From: a virus
DNA length: 60,064 bases
Strand: one strand, 5' to 3'
IMG/VR virus record: IMGVR_UViG_3300048818_000149
Span: 1 to 60,064 of that record
The notes under the pieces were generated by a model. That model searched no databases, was not told the origin of the DNA, and was given only the letters and a program-made list of their open reading frames with translations. A program made the translations under genes and the position numbers. Shown piece after piece: positions 42,570-50,983 of the stretch. Position 1 is the first letter of the stretch. Every line of letters begins with the position of its first letter.

Positions 42570-43981
42570 TCTTTGGTCTCTCGCGCGTCGAGGTAACTGT
42601 TCAGCGTATTGGCCCAATCATTCCGCACATTGGCCATGTCGTAGATGCCTAGTTTCTGCTGCTGCATTCGACCGTAGAAATGTGCGCGCTCCATGTCAGT
42701 CACATTGGCCATCTCGCGCATGGCGGCCATGATTTTGCTAATGGCTCCAGGCGTCATGTCAATATTCGGCGAGCCAGTTTCGAGCGTCTTATTCCACTCT
42801 GTCTGCGTCACGCGGCCACCACCAGCTTTAATGAGCTGACTGGCCATCTGCGAGCCGATGCCGAAGAACAATTTCTGCGCCGCCTGAACGCTATCAATGC
42901 TGCCGTTGGCCAGCGCATCTTGAATGTCCTGCGATACTCCCATGCCGCTGGCAATTCGGCCCAGTTTCTCCCGTATGCTCGCCGCGCCGTTCGGATCGAA
43001 GTTCTTCAGCAAGCCTTGAGCCTGCTTCATCTGGAGCAGCAGCGCCTGGGCCTGGCTCTCTCGCGCATCGATGTCTTGCTTATAGTCCGCAGTGTCTTTG
43101 TAGATCGCCTGCTGCATCGGGCCAGCAGCGCCCAAGCGCGGAGCAGCCGGAGCACTATCAGGCGCCAGAGCGTTCTGGCTCGGCGCAGGCTGAGCGGGCG
43201 ATAGCGCGTTGCCAGCATCTGGTGCTGGAGGTCCTGCATTCGCGGCAGCAGCCCCAGCAGTCGGCCCCGCAGACATCGCACCAGCCGTGCCACTCAGTGC
43301 CGCTGGCGTCGCCGTCGCCCGCGCAGGATTCATCCAGGCGCCGCTGGTCGAGCCATCTGCATTGACGATAGCATTTGGATCATAATTGCTCGTCAGGGCG
43401 CTCAGCGCACTAGAGCCCCGCTGCATCGCAATGGCGTGAGGCAACAGCACCTGATTTCTGAAGTCCGCATCCTTCAGGCCAGCATATTTCGGATCGCTCA
43501 TAAAAGCAATGGTTTCTTTGTACTTGCTGGGCTCAATGGCCCCAATGCTCATTGCTTGAGAGAAATACGGCGTCATGTCGCTCATGTCTTTAACGCCTGG
43601 ATCTTTCGCCGCCGCGCCCCAGATGCCAGCCATCATATCCATACGCTTGCCGGTGGCCTCAAGTTTTGCATTAGTGGTCTCGGCGTCGAGCAACTTCTTC
43701 TGAGCAATGTTGTTCAGAAACTCTGGAGCCATGAAGCTAGTCTCTGGATGAGTAGCGACTAGCGTAGCGGCTTTGTCCCAGTCCACTTGGCCCGACTGTG
43801 GATCAGTCGCCTGCTGCATCAGCGGTCCCATCGCTTGTCGTGCGCGATAGGTCTGCTGGAACAACTGGTTCTGATTGAGCTGATTCTGAATGCCCGCGAA
43901 CTGGCCCACCATAGCCAGCGGGTTCTGCTGCTGTTGGCCGATGCCAGCCACAATGCCTGGATTAATCGTATCGACGGGCAT
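42566..43981 (-). CDS. Q/N/A-rich internal virion (ejection) protein, 471 aa
   Basis: The composition and the position between hub and SLT protein are typical of podovirus ejection proteins. Confidence 0.6.
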   Translation of the reverse strand: MPVDTINPGIVAGIGQQQQNPLAMVGQFAGIQNQLNQNQLFQQTYRARQAMGPLMQQATDPQSGQVDWDKAATLVATHPETSFMAPEFLNNIAQKKLLDAETTNAKLEATGKRMDMMAGIWGAAAKDPGVKDMSDMTPYFSQAMSIGAIEPSKYKETIAFMSDPKYAGLKDADFRNQVLLPHAIAMQRGSSALSALTSNYDPNAIVNADGSTSGAWMNPARATATPAALSGTAGAMSAGPTAGAAAANAGPPAPDAGNALSPAQPAPSQNALAPDSAPAAPRLGAAGPMQQAIYKDTADYKQDIDARESQAQALLLQMKQAQGLLKNFDPNGAASIREKLGRIASGMGVSQDIQDALANGSIDSVQAAQKLFFGIGSQMASQLIKAGGGRVTQTEWNKTLETGSPNIDMTPGAISKIMAAMREMANVTDMERAHFYGRMQQQKLGIYDMANVRNDWANTLNSYLDARETKE

Positions 43982-43984
43982 CTT

Positions 43985-44371
43985 TTAGCCTCCGAAGCCA
44001 GTTGGCTGGCCACTGGTTAGCGAATTGTTCTGCAGACCAGTCATTAGTGAACTCCAGAGGCCTTGCATGCTCTGTGGCGCGCCAGTGGGACTGATCTGGT
44101 TCTGCGGACTCGGCACAGCGTTGGGATCAGCAAAGCCCGTTCCCGCGCCCGTTACTGGTGTTGCACCGCCCACGACGCCGCTCGGAGCCTGCACGCTGCC
44201 GCCAGTGGGCTGTAGAGCATTTTGAGTCCCAGTGGGCTGTGCGCTTTGCGCGAGCGCGTTCTGCCCATTCTGGCCGAACATGGAGGTCAGCGGACTTTGG
44301 CCGCCAGCGCCACCTTGGCCGAAGAGCTGCATCAAGTAGGGCAGGAGCATTTGCAGCAGTTGGGGGTTCAC
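43985..44371 (-). CDS. Low-complexity Q/G-rich protein, 128 aa
   Basis: GTG start with GGAG upstream. Low-complexity composition. Confidence 0.5.
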   Translation of the reverse strand: MNPQLLQMLLPYLMQLFGQGGAGGQSPLTSMFGQNGQNALAQSAQPTGTQNALQPTGGSVQAPSGVVGGATPVTGAGTGFADPNAVPSPQNQISPTGAPQSMQGLWSSLMTGLQNNSLTSGQPTGFGG

Positions 44372-44387
44372 TTATAACTCCGAAGTT

Positions 44388-44413
44388 GGGAGAGCAGAGA
44401 TTGCCGCTCTCCC
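44388..44413 (-). promoter_or_regulatory. Hairpin just downstream of the mini-coat gene
   Basis: gggagagc (44388-44395) / gctctccc (44406-44413), 10-nt loop. Confidence 0.5.
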
Positions 44414-44424
44414 ATTGTCACTAA

Positions 44425-45015
44425 CTAGGACGTAACTTCCCATTGTCTGTGGCCAGCAGCAGCGAAGATGACATCCATTCGAGAAACTAGCTCATCACTA
44501 CCTGGAATGTATGCCTCTATGGTCCGAACAGCTACTTCACCGAAGTAATGCTGCTCTGCCTGTATTACTCCAGCGCTTGGTATAACCAGCTCAGCGAATA
44601 CCAACGCCAGTCTCGTCTCGAACGGCGAAGCGCGTTCCTCAGCAAGAGCAATGGCGATGTTATCTGCAAGCAACTCGACCTGGACCTGCCCAAAATCATA
44701 GTCTGGGTGCATTGATATATTTCTTTGCAGAAACTTAGTTCCAAACTCTGATTCAATGCCCATCTTCGCTCCTTCTTTCGAGAAGCGCCGATCCATCTGG
44801 CCGACAAGGATTCCGCGCTCTTTGATCGCGAGATAAAGCATCTTGGCAAGTGATTTCTTTACCCAGATGGTGCCACCAAGTCTTCGGACTGATCCGACTT
44901 CCGAAGGATGCACTGGATGCTCTAGTATGCTTCGAGAATCAGCCTGCACTGTTTTAGCTGCTATCGGTATCATTGTTGCTGCAGCTCCTCCAAGTAACAC
45001 ATCTCGTCTCTTCAT
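44425..45015 (-). CDS. Truncated coat-protein paralog with twin-arginine (Tat-type) signal peptide
   Basis: MKRRDVLLGGAAATMIPIAAKTVQA-D. C-terminus GVIQAEQHYFGEVAVRTIEAYIPGSDELVSRMDVIFA versus coat GVEESAREQFDGIAMRMLTAYVPGTDQLITRLDVLYG (14/37 identical, ungapped). GAGGAG RBS. Lower GC. Confidence 0.7.
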   Translation of the reverse strand: MKRRDVLLGGAAATMIPIAAKTVQADSRSILEHPVHPSEVGSVRRLGGTIWVKKSLAKMLYLAIKERGILVGQMDRRFSKEGAKMGIESEFGTKFLQRNISMHPDYDFGQVQVELLADNIAIALAEERASPFETRLALVFAELVIPSAGVIQAEQHYFGEVAVRTIEAYIPGSDELVSRMDVIFAAAGHRQWEVTS

Positions 45016-45034
45016 CTTAGTCTCCTCGTGTTGT

Positions 45035-45057
45035 AGATAGCTCGGAATGAGCTATCT
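45035..45057 (-). promoter_or_regulatory. Hairpin just upstream of the mini-coat gene
   Basis: agatagctc (45035-45043) / gagctatct (45049-45057), 5-nt loop. Confidence 0.5.
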
Positions 45058-45067
45058 GAATAAACTT

Positions 45068-45814
45068 CTACCCCCAGGGGGAAGACTGATATGGAATTGG
45101 CGTATCGCCTGCTCCAGGCCAGCCGCCAGAGGGAATGGCATTATTGACCGTCGCAGCGGGATTATTTCTGGCCTGAATGAGCTGCTGCAGCAAGTTATAT
45201 TGCAACGCGCTGTTCACGCCACCAGTAACCGAGTTGCTGACGCCCGCACCGCCAGCCGCCAGCGCGTTGCCCTCTCCGACCATGCTAGAGCCTATGCCCT
45301 GGCCAGTCTGAATGGCCGCGCCCGTGAGCGCGTTCGCGGCATTCGCCCCCGTCTGCACGGGCTGATAGAGCAGACTGGCAATCTGTTGGTTCTGGGCCAG
45401 ATAGTTCTGCAGCTGTTGATTGTAAGTGCTCTGGGCGAGCCCGGTCGTATAGTCACTCGCACCCTTCATTGCTGCGCCAGAAGAGCCCAGGCCCTGGGCG
45501 GCGTAGCCATTCTGGACGCCCTTTTGTCCTTGGTTCAGCGTGAATTGATAGCCCGGTGTGCTGGGCAGCGTGGCGGCCGTGAACGGCTGAGTCAGCCCCG
45601 GCAGACTTTGCATGTATTGCTGCAGTGCGTTCTGGCCGGTCTGAATGAACGGATTCTCATAGCCAGAGGCAGTATTGAACATCTGCATCTGGGCATTAAT
45701 GGCATTCTTCTCAGCACTGGCCTGCTGCCCGCTGCCATAGAGGCTCGTGCCAGCGCCCACGAGGCTACTGAGCCCGGTGCCGAGAAGCATAGCTGTACCG
45801 ATACCTATGGGCAT
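45068..45814 (-). CDS. G/Q/N-rich internal virion protein, 248 aa, hydrophobic N-terminus
   Basis: MPIGIGTAMLLGTGLSSLVGAG followed by a Q/N/G-rich body. Ejection-protein-like. Confidence 0.6.
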   Translation of the reverse strand: MPIGIGTAMLLGTGLSSLVGAGTSLYGSGQQASAEKNAINAQMQMFNTASGYENPFIQTGQNALQQYMQSLPGLTQPFTAATLPSTPGYQFTLNQGQKGVQNGYAAQGLGSSGAAMKGASDYTTGLAQSTYNQQLQNYLAQNQQIASLLYQPVQTGANAANALTGAAIQTGQGIGSSMVGEGNALAAGGAGVSNSVTGGVNSALQYNLLQQLIQARNNPAATVNNAIPSGGWPGAGDTPIPYQSSPWG

Positions 45815-46509
45815 TACTGTAGCGCCTCCGGCGCAGCGTTAGTCGCAAGATGCTTGAAGTAGCCCTGACGGCCCAGTTTGAACATCATATGGCGGCATTC
45901 TTTGCCCAGGCCCAGGATTTCGTTCTGCCGCTGTTGGTACAGCGTGGCCAACTGGCGCACGTCGGGATTCAGGTTCTTTTCGGACAGGAACTCCCACCAG
46001 CCGCTGTCGTGCTTATAGGGCAGACAGTGCTCGAAGATTGCCGCGCAGACAGACTCCTGTGCTAGTTCGTGAAAGTCCACCGTCAGCGTCTGCGGCTGCA
46101 ACGCCAGCTTGTCCAGAGCACGCCGCACGTATTCCAACAGGTGACGCAATCTCGGCAGATCAAGCTCCAAGTGGTCCTTCTCCGTGGCCGCCACCAAGCT
46201 CGCAAGTATCTCATCTATTGGCCTCCGGACGACCACAGTGCGCAGACGCGGCTCCGCAGTCAGCAATAACGGCCACGCGGGGGCGGCTAACGTCTCCGCA
46301 GCGCCCATTCCTGGTATGGAGAGCATCGTGAGAACTTCTTGCAACGAGCTGACCTTGGCCGTTGCTTCAAAGTTACAGACGCAGATCCCATACGTCAAGA
46401 ACGCTGAAAGCCACATCGTGCGACTTCTGCCTGCGCTGAAGACCATATACGGCAGCAGCTGAGCATCGCCGCGAAATTTCAGCTGGAGTTCATCTAGCGT
46501 CTCGCTCAT
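45814..46509 (-). CDS. Hypothetical protein, 231 aa, with sulfotransferase-like motifs
   Basis: FSAGRSRTMWLSAFL (5'-PSB-like) and VVVRRPIDEILASL (3'-PB-like). Tentative. Confidence 0.55.
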   Translation of the reverse strand: MSETLDELQLKFRGDAQLLPYMVFSAGRSRTMWLSAFLTYGICVCNFEATAKVSSLQEVLTMLSIPGMGAAETLAAPAWPLLLTAEPRLRTVVVRRPIDEILASLVAATEKDHLELDLPRLRHLLEYVRRALDKLALQPQTLTVDFHELAQESVCAAIFEHCLPYKHDSGWWEFLSEKNLNPDVRQLATLYQQRQNEILGLGKECRHMMFKLGRQGYFKHLATNAAPEALQ

Positions 46510-46814
46510 TGGCCCACTACTTTGCTCAACGCCGCCACTTGGTTAATAAGTGCTTGTATCTGAGTCTGGCTATACGTCACACTTGCTGTGTCGCTATATG
46601 TGCTGCTGACGCTTGAGCTGCGCACGACGAACGTGCCGAAGAGATAACGCCATGCGGGCGTCACGTAGGCCATCATGGCTTGCAGCTTGCCTGTTATGGG
46701 CTTTCCGGCGGAGTCGTAGAGGCCCATCACGTCCTCTTCGCCGAAGCTCGCAATGGGCGCGCTTGTATTGGGCGTCTGATTCGGTAGAGTATTCGCTGAT
46801 CCGGGAGCGGCCAT
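46506..46814 (-). CDS. Hypothetical protein, 102 aa
   Basis: Open frame with ATGA coupling. Confidence 0.55.
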   Translation of the reverse strand: MAAPGSANTLPNQTPNTSAPIASFGEEDVMGLYDSAGKPITGKLQAMMAYVTPAWRYLFGTFVVRSSSVSSTYSDTASVTYSQTQIQALINQVAALSKVVGQ

Positions 46815-46815
46815 T

Positions 46816-49287
46816 CTAGGTCTCCGCCAATGAGTCGTCTATCCAGGCGCCAGAGATGCCAGTGAAGACTGCATTGCTCCACGTTACGCGGAACACGAAG
46901 TCTCTAGACTGGCCAGTCACCTGTCTCCATTGCATCTGGAAAAGGTAGTCTCCCTGGGCTCCCATGGACTGCGTCGGAGCCACGAAGTACGTCCGGCCTC
47001 GGTCGATGCTGACCTCCAGTGTGACCAGCTCCTGAGCCGTAATGTTGCTGGCATCTCCGTCGCCGCATTCCATGTCCAGCGCGAAACGGTCAATGCTATG
47101 TCTCTTGCCATCATTTAGCAAATGCGGAAAGCCACGTCGCCGCGTAATTGGCCCGCCGAAGTCGGTGTCCGCGCTCAAGTCCAGCGTGTAGATGTTGCCG
47201 TTCTGCCAGTCGCCGATCACGTTCACGCCATAAGCAAACGCGGCACAGTTCGCACGCACGCGATTCAGTATGCCGCTATTCGGATCAGTCCAGGCCCGCT
47301 CGTGCCAGAGGTTCTCCGTGACATCGAAGACGATAGTGGCGTTGGCGCTAGCCGAACTGAGCACGTAAAAGACATGATCCTCTTGCTTATAGATGAAGCC
47401 CACGGCATCGCTGATGTTCGCCCCGGCTTTGACCCAGTTACTGACGATCTTCTCAATCGCGTAAGTGCTGATCCTGCGCGCCGAATAGCCCGCTCCCATG
47501 AAGACTGTCCCCTGGCCAGCTTGGTCAACGCCCAGCCAGAACACGTTCAAGTCATGCGTGGTCACAGAGTACGCCGCGATGCAGCCGTGCTGAATAAAGA
47601 CCCCAGGCATAATTTGAAACGGAAAGCCAGTATTGCCTGCGTCATACCAGACCTCAGTGGACTGATACGCCCCCATAAGCCAGACTTCTCTGTGGACCAC
47701 GACTAGCGTACTGAGCAGATCTGGATACCCAGTCTTGGCTGCCACGTATGTCGGATCGAATGCGGGCGGATTGACAGCGACTAGCGAATACTGGAAGCCG
47801 AAGAGCGTATTGCTGAGCGACGCACTGAGCACGTCCCCAGCGTTGTAGCCCAGGCCAGTCTGCAGCGGCACCACATTCGTGACTGCTCCGCTGACAGTCG
47901 TAATATCTGCCGTCGCGCCCGTTCCACTGCCGCCCGTGAGCGCAACTGCGTTGAACGTCGCGGAACCCGCAGTGCCTGCGCCAGCGGCAATGATCGTACC
48001 CTGAAGAGGCTGCCCCGCCACGCCAGTCAGTTCGCTATACGTGATGTTACTTAGCGTTGAATACCAGTTGCGCGTATTGGGCTGAGAGATCACAATGAAC
48101 GTATCGAGATAGCCAATGCCGACGCCGCCCAGAAAGTTCGGGTCCGTAATGACCGCGAAGGCATTAAGCGCCGCTCCCACATTGGTCACGCGAAACGCGA
48201 AGCTGCCCAGGCCAGGAATAGCACTCGTTCCCAGTACGTCTCCCACTACGTAATTGTTGCCGCTGTTGTCCAGTGAGAACTGAATGACCACTCCGCCACT
48301 GACGAGAAACTCTCCCGTAGCCCCAGTGCCACTACCGCCAGAGAGCGGCACATTGCTATATGTCCCACTGACCGCACCGATAGCAGTTACAGTAAACTGT
48401 TCACTCGTGAGTCCTGAGACTGCGCTCGTGGCCAGCACATCACCGACAAGATAGCCCGTTCCGGTAGGGTTGAGCGAGAGGCTCGTCACCTCGCCCGTTC
48501 CGCCTGTCGTTAAGACTCCTTCGTTGTTCGGAAAGCTACCTGAGCCGCCCACAGAGACTGTAAATTTAAGTGTTGTCCCTGTTGTGCCTGCTGCGCAGAT
48601 CCAGTTGCCATTAATGGCTGGCGCAGTGCTATAGCCCGAGATTGTAACGGGATCGCCAGGAGAAAGTCCGTGCGCGACTGACGTGGAGGCGGAGACGACG
48701 AAACCGAGAATAGAAGAAGATACGAAGGGATTAGAGACGACGAGTGCCGCAGTCGCCCCTGTGCCGCTGCCACCAGTCAGCGCCGCACTGGCATATGTCC
48801 CGTTCGTTCCGCTGTGGCCAGCATTTGTTATTGTCACCGAGCCCGGAGAGCCCGAGGCTGTGCTGCCAGCGTCTGTCACCTGGCCCGCAAGCGGCTGGCC
48901 CACGATGCCAGTCTGCAAGTTGATCGCGTAGCCCGCAGTGGTGCCGTCAACGAGAATGATGACTAGTCCATTGTCCTGCATGGCGACGGGCGTTGTCAGA
49001 TTTGCCGCCAGTGTGCCCAGTAGATGTAACGTCCATGTGCTGTCGATGTAATAGACGTTCTGTCCGCAGACGTAATAGAGGCTGCCATTCGTCGCAGTAT
49101 AGAGGCAGCGCGCAACGCCAGCGGTCCCAGGCGTAGCCTTCAGCACCGTGCCGGGCGTGAGCAAATTCGTATACGGCGCGCTGGCATCTTCTGGGTTCTT
49201 CTCGGGATAAAGATTCAGACAGCGTTGAGCATCTGCAATAATGCTCCGCGCTTGGTACGTGCCACCGAGAAGATTAATCCGTGACAT
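46816..49287 (-). CDS. gp10-like tail hub (P22 'DNA stabilization protein' type) with inserted repeat modules
   Basis: N-terminus CLNLYPEKNP...LLTPGTVL and the C-terminal half resemble P22 gp10-type proteins. 823 aa because of the insertions. Confidence 0.65.
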   Translation of the reverse strand: MSRINLLGGTYQARSIIADAQRCLNLYPEKNPEDASAPYTNLLTPGTVLKATPGTAGVARCLYTATNGSLYYVCGQNVYYIDSTWTLHLLGTLAANLTTPVAMQDNGLVIILVDGTTAGYAINLQTGIVGQPLAGQVTDAGSTASGSPGSVTITNAGHSGTNGTYASAALTGGSGTGATAALVVSNPFVSSSILGFVVSASTSVAHGLSPGDPVTISGYSTAPAINGNWICAAGTTGTTLKFTVSVGGSGSFPNNEGVLTTGGTGEVTSLSLNPTGTGYLVGDVLATSAVSGLTSEQFTVTAIGAVSGTYSNVPLSGGSGTGATGEFLVSGGVVIQFSLDNSGNNYVVGDVLGTSAIPGLGSFAFRVTNVGAALNAFAVITDPNFLGGVGIGYLDTFIVISQPNTRNWYSTLSNITYSELTGVAGQPLQGTIIAAGAGTAGSATFNAVALTGGSGTGATADITTVSGAVTNVVPLQTGLGYNAGDVLSASLSNTLFGFQYSLVAVNPPAFDPTYVAAKTGYPDLLSTLVVVHREVWLMGAYQSTEVWYDAGNTGFPFQIMPGVFIQHGCIAAYSVTTHDLNVFWLGVDQAGQGTVFMGAGYSARRISTYAIEKIVSNWVKAGANISDAVGFIYKQEDHVFYVLSSASANATIVFDVTENLWHERAWTDPNSGILNRVRANCAAFAYGVNVIGDWQNGNIYTLDLSADTDFGGPITRRRGFPHLLNDGKRHSIDRFALDMECGDGDASNITAQELVTLEVSIDRGRTYFVAPTQSMGAQGDYLFQMQWRQVTGQSRDFVFRVTWSNAVFTGISGAWIDDSLAET
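47802..48912 (-). repeat. Three in-protein repeats centred on L(T/S)GGSGTGAT...G(Y)..GDVL
   Basis: AALTGGSGTGATAAL, VPLSGGSGTGATGEF and VALTGGSGTGATADI at residues ~168, ~314 and ~448 of the hub protein. Confidence 0.7.
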
Positions 49288-49293
49288 AAGTGC

Positions 49294-50487
49294 TCACCAA
49301 GAATATCCGGTTAGAATAACAGACGTGCTGGGCGATGTCCCCGTAGTCTGGAAAAACCAATAGAGCGTTTGTGCAGTAGGCATTCTCGCATTGGAGAAAT
49401 TGCCGATATATGTCAACGCGGCTGCCGAGGTTGGTGCGGCTAGAAAAACCGGATATTGTCGGCCTGCCCCACCTGCGGCATCCGTAGTAATAGTCATCTG
49501 GATGACGGCGCCTAAAGTAACAGTAGTTCCAGTTGTCATTAACCCTACACCGGAGACTGAAACCGCATTGGGCGGAACGCCAAGACAACTGCATGTACCG
49601 GGCACAAGCGAAAGTGACGTATAGGGCGAATTCGATCCCGCACTTGAAGTAACTGCGGCAGAGTTTGAATAAGCAATAGTGCGCCCAAATACGTAGGCAA
49701 TAACTAATGCGGGCGTCGAGTTTGTAGGCCACACCGCAAGTAATGCCGAAGCTGTGTACCCAGCAGGCATGTGTGCGCCAGGATAGATCGTGCCGCAGGA
49801 TGACGCGCAGCTATAGCCCAGAATCGACGTGCCGGATGTGCCGTAAATGGCATAGATGGCGACAAAGCCGCTGGTCGGCGTTGTGCCAGTATCCATTCCA
49901 CCGGCACCAGTCGTAGAGGTATCAATCTGTTTTGAATAACTTGGCAGATTATACGCAGTTCCGTTCAATGCCGTCGCTACGACGATACTATCGGCAGTAA
50001 AAGTTACGGCTGTCCCCGCTGTTGCAAGAGATGCCGCTACATTGATGGCACTACCAATGGCCGGATTTACAAAACGCGAGTCATTGCCCTGAGCCGCCGT
50101 ATTTGCTGCCGTGCCGTAAGTGACCGAGATTGCGCCAGAAGAATTAGTAATCGTCGTACCGTCTGGCTTAACGGGGCCGAGGACAGATGATGTTCCCGCA
50201 GTCAAATTCGCCGCAGAACCAGATGCTGGTGTACCAAGAGCACCGCCGTTAACGACGAATGCGCCTGCTGTTCCAACATTAACACCTAAAGCTGTAGCTG
50301 CGCCGGTGCCAGGAGTGACACCAGCAACTTTTGCAACGCCGGGATTTGGGTAAGTACCAGATAAATCACCGCCTGCCGCGCCCCCAGGCGTGCCACCATT
50401 CGCGGTGCCTGTCGGTAGCACGATCTGGGCACACACAGGCCCAGTCAGCGCAGCGAGAACAGCCAGCGTTGCAAGAAATTTCTTCAT
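49294..50487 (-). CDS. Tail-fiber-like protein with Sec-type signal peptide
   Basis: MKKFLATLAVLAALTGPVCAQ. The fiber motifs GGDLSGTYPNPGVAKV, LGPVKPDGTTITNSSGAISV and GNDSRF are present. Confidence 0.75.
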   Translation of the reverse strand: MKKFLATLAVLAALTGPVCAQIVLPTGTANGGTPGGAAGGDLSGTYPNPGVAKVAGVTPGTGAATALGVNVGTAGAFVVNGGALGTPASGSAANLTAGTSSVLGPVKPDGTTITNSSGAISVTYGTAANTAAQGNDSRFVNPAIGSAINVAASLATAGTAVTFTADSIVVATALNGTAYNLPSYSKQIDTSTTGAGGMDTGTTPTSGFVAIYAIYGTSGTSILGYSCASSCGTIYPGAHMPAGYTASALLAVWPTNSTPALVIAYVFGRTIAYSNSAAVTSSAGSNSPYTSLSLVPGTCSCLGVPPNAVSVSGVGLMTTGTTVTLGAVIQMTITTDAAGGAGRQYPVFLAAPTSAAALTYIGNFSNARMPTAQTLYWFFQTTGTSPSTSVILTGYSW

Positions 50488-50496
50488 CGGAGAGCC

Positions 50497-50958
50497 TTAG
50501 TTGTAGTCGGCCGAAATGAAGCCAGTATCGGTGCCCGTCGTGTACGTGAACGGCGTGCTCGCACTGGTCATTAAGATCACGATGCCAGCGGAAGTGAGAA
50601 TGCCATTCGGAATATGAGCCAGCGAACAGCCATGCGCGCTCGTGTCGAAGTAGCAAGTGTCGAGCACTAGCGCGCCGGTGAGCGCGCCTGTGCCAGGTAC
50701 TGCCGTCGCGTCGTAGGCCACGCAGTAGCCAGCAGCGCCACCAGCGATCGCAGTGCAGTTAAAGCCAGCAATAGTACCAGGCAGATCTTTCACGATGAGG
50801 CTCGTGCCCAACGAACTAACATGCTTGTGCTGCACGGGGCCGCCAGAGCCGTTGGGCTGCTGCAAGTAGGGCGTCACTGGTTGCTGCGCGTGTGCATGAC
50901 TTAGAAGTAACGAGAGCGCAACAAGCGCTCCCACCACGATGTCGATTATGAGGCGCAT
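50497..50958 (-). CDS. Secreted beta-rich protein, 153 aa
   Basis: Start at ATG 50958 (AAGGAG 7 nt upstream). MRLIIDIVVGALVALSLLLSHAHAQ. Confidence 0.6.
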   Translation of the reverse strand: MRLIIDIVVGALVALSLLLSHAHAQQPVTPYLQQPNGSGGPVQHKHVSSLGTSLIVKDLPGTIAGFNCTAIAGGAAGYCVAYDATAVPGTGALTGALVLDTCYFDTSAHGCSLAHIPNGILTSAGIVILMTSASTPFTYTTGTDTGFISADYN

Positions 50959-50983
50959 TGGAGCGCTCCTTATACCTACTGGC

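Noticed and set aside
41577-42596. Long antisense ORFs opposite structural and early genes (also 45047..45862 +, 50939..51892 +, 57093..58013 +, 13245..14060 -, 24186..24779 -, 10058..10609 -)
   Set aside because: Each lies opposite a gene with recognisable motifs or operon coupling. Their translations are R/A/G/H-rich and low in complexity. They are treated as GC-driven shadow frames.
46816-50487. Diversity-generating retroelement acting on fiber or hub genes
   Set aside because: No reverse transcriptase ORF exists anywhere in the genome. The repeated GGSGTGAT modules are protein-level repeats within one gene, not a template/variable repeat pair with adenine-specific differences.
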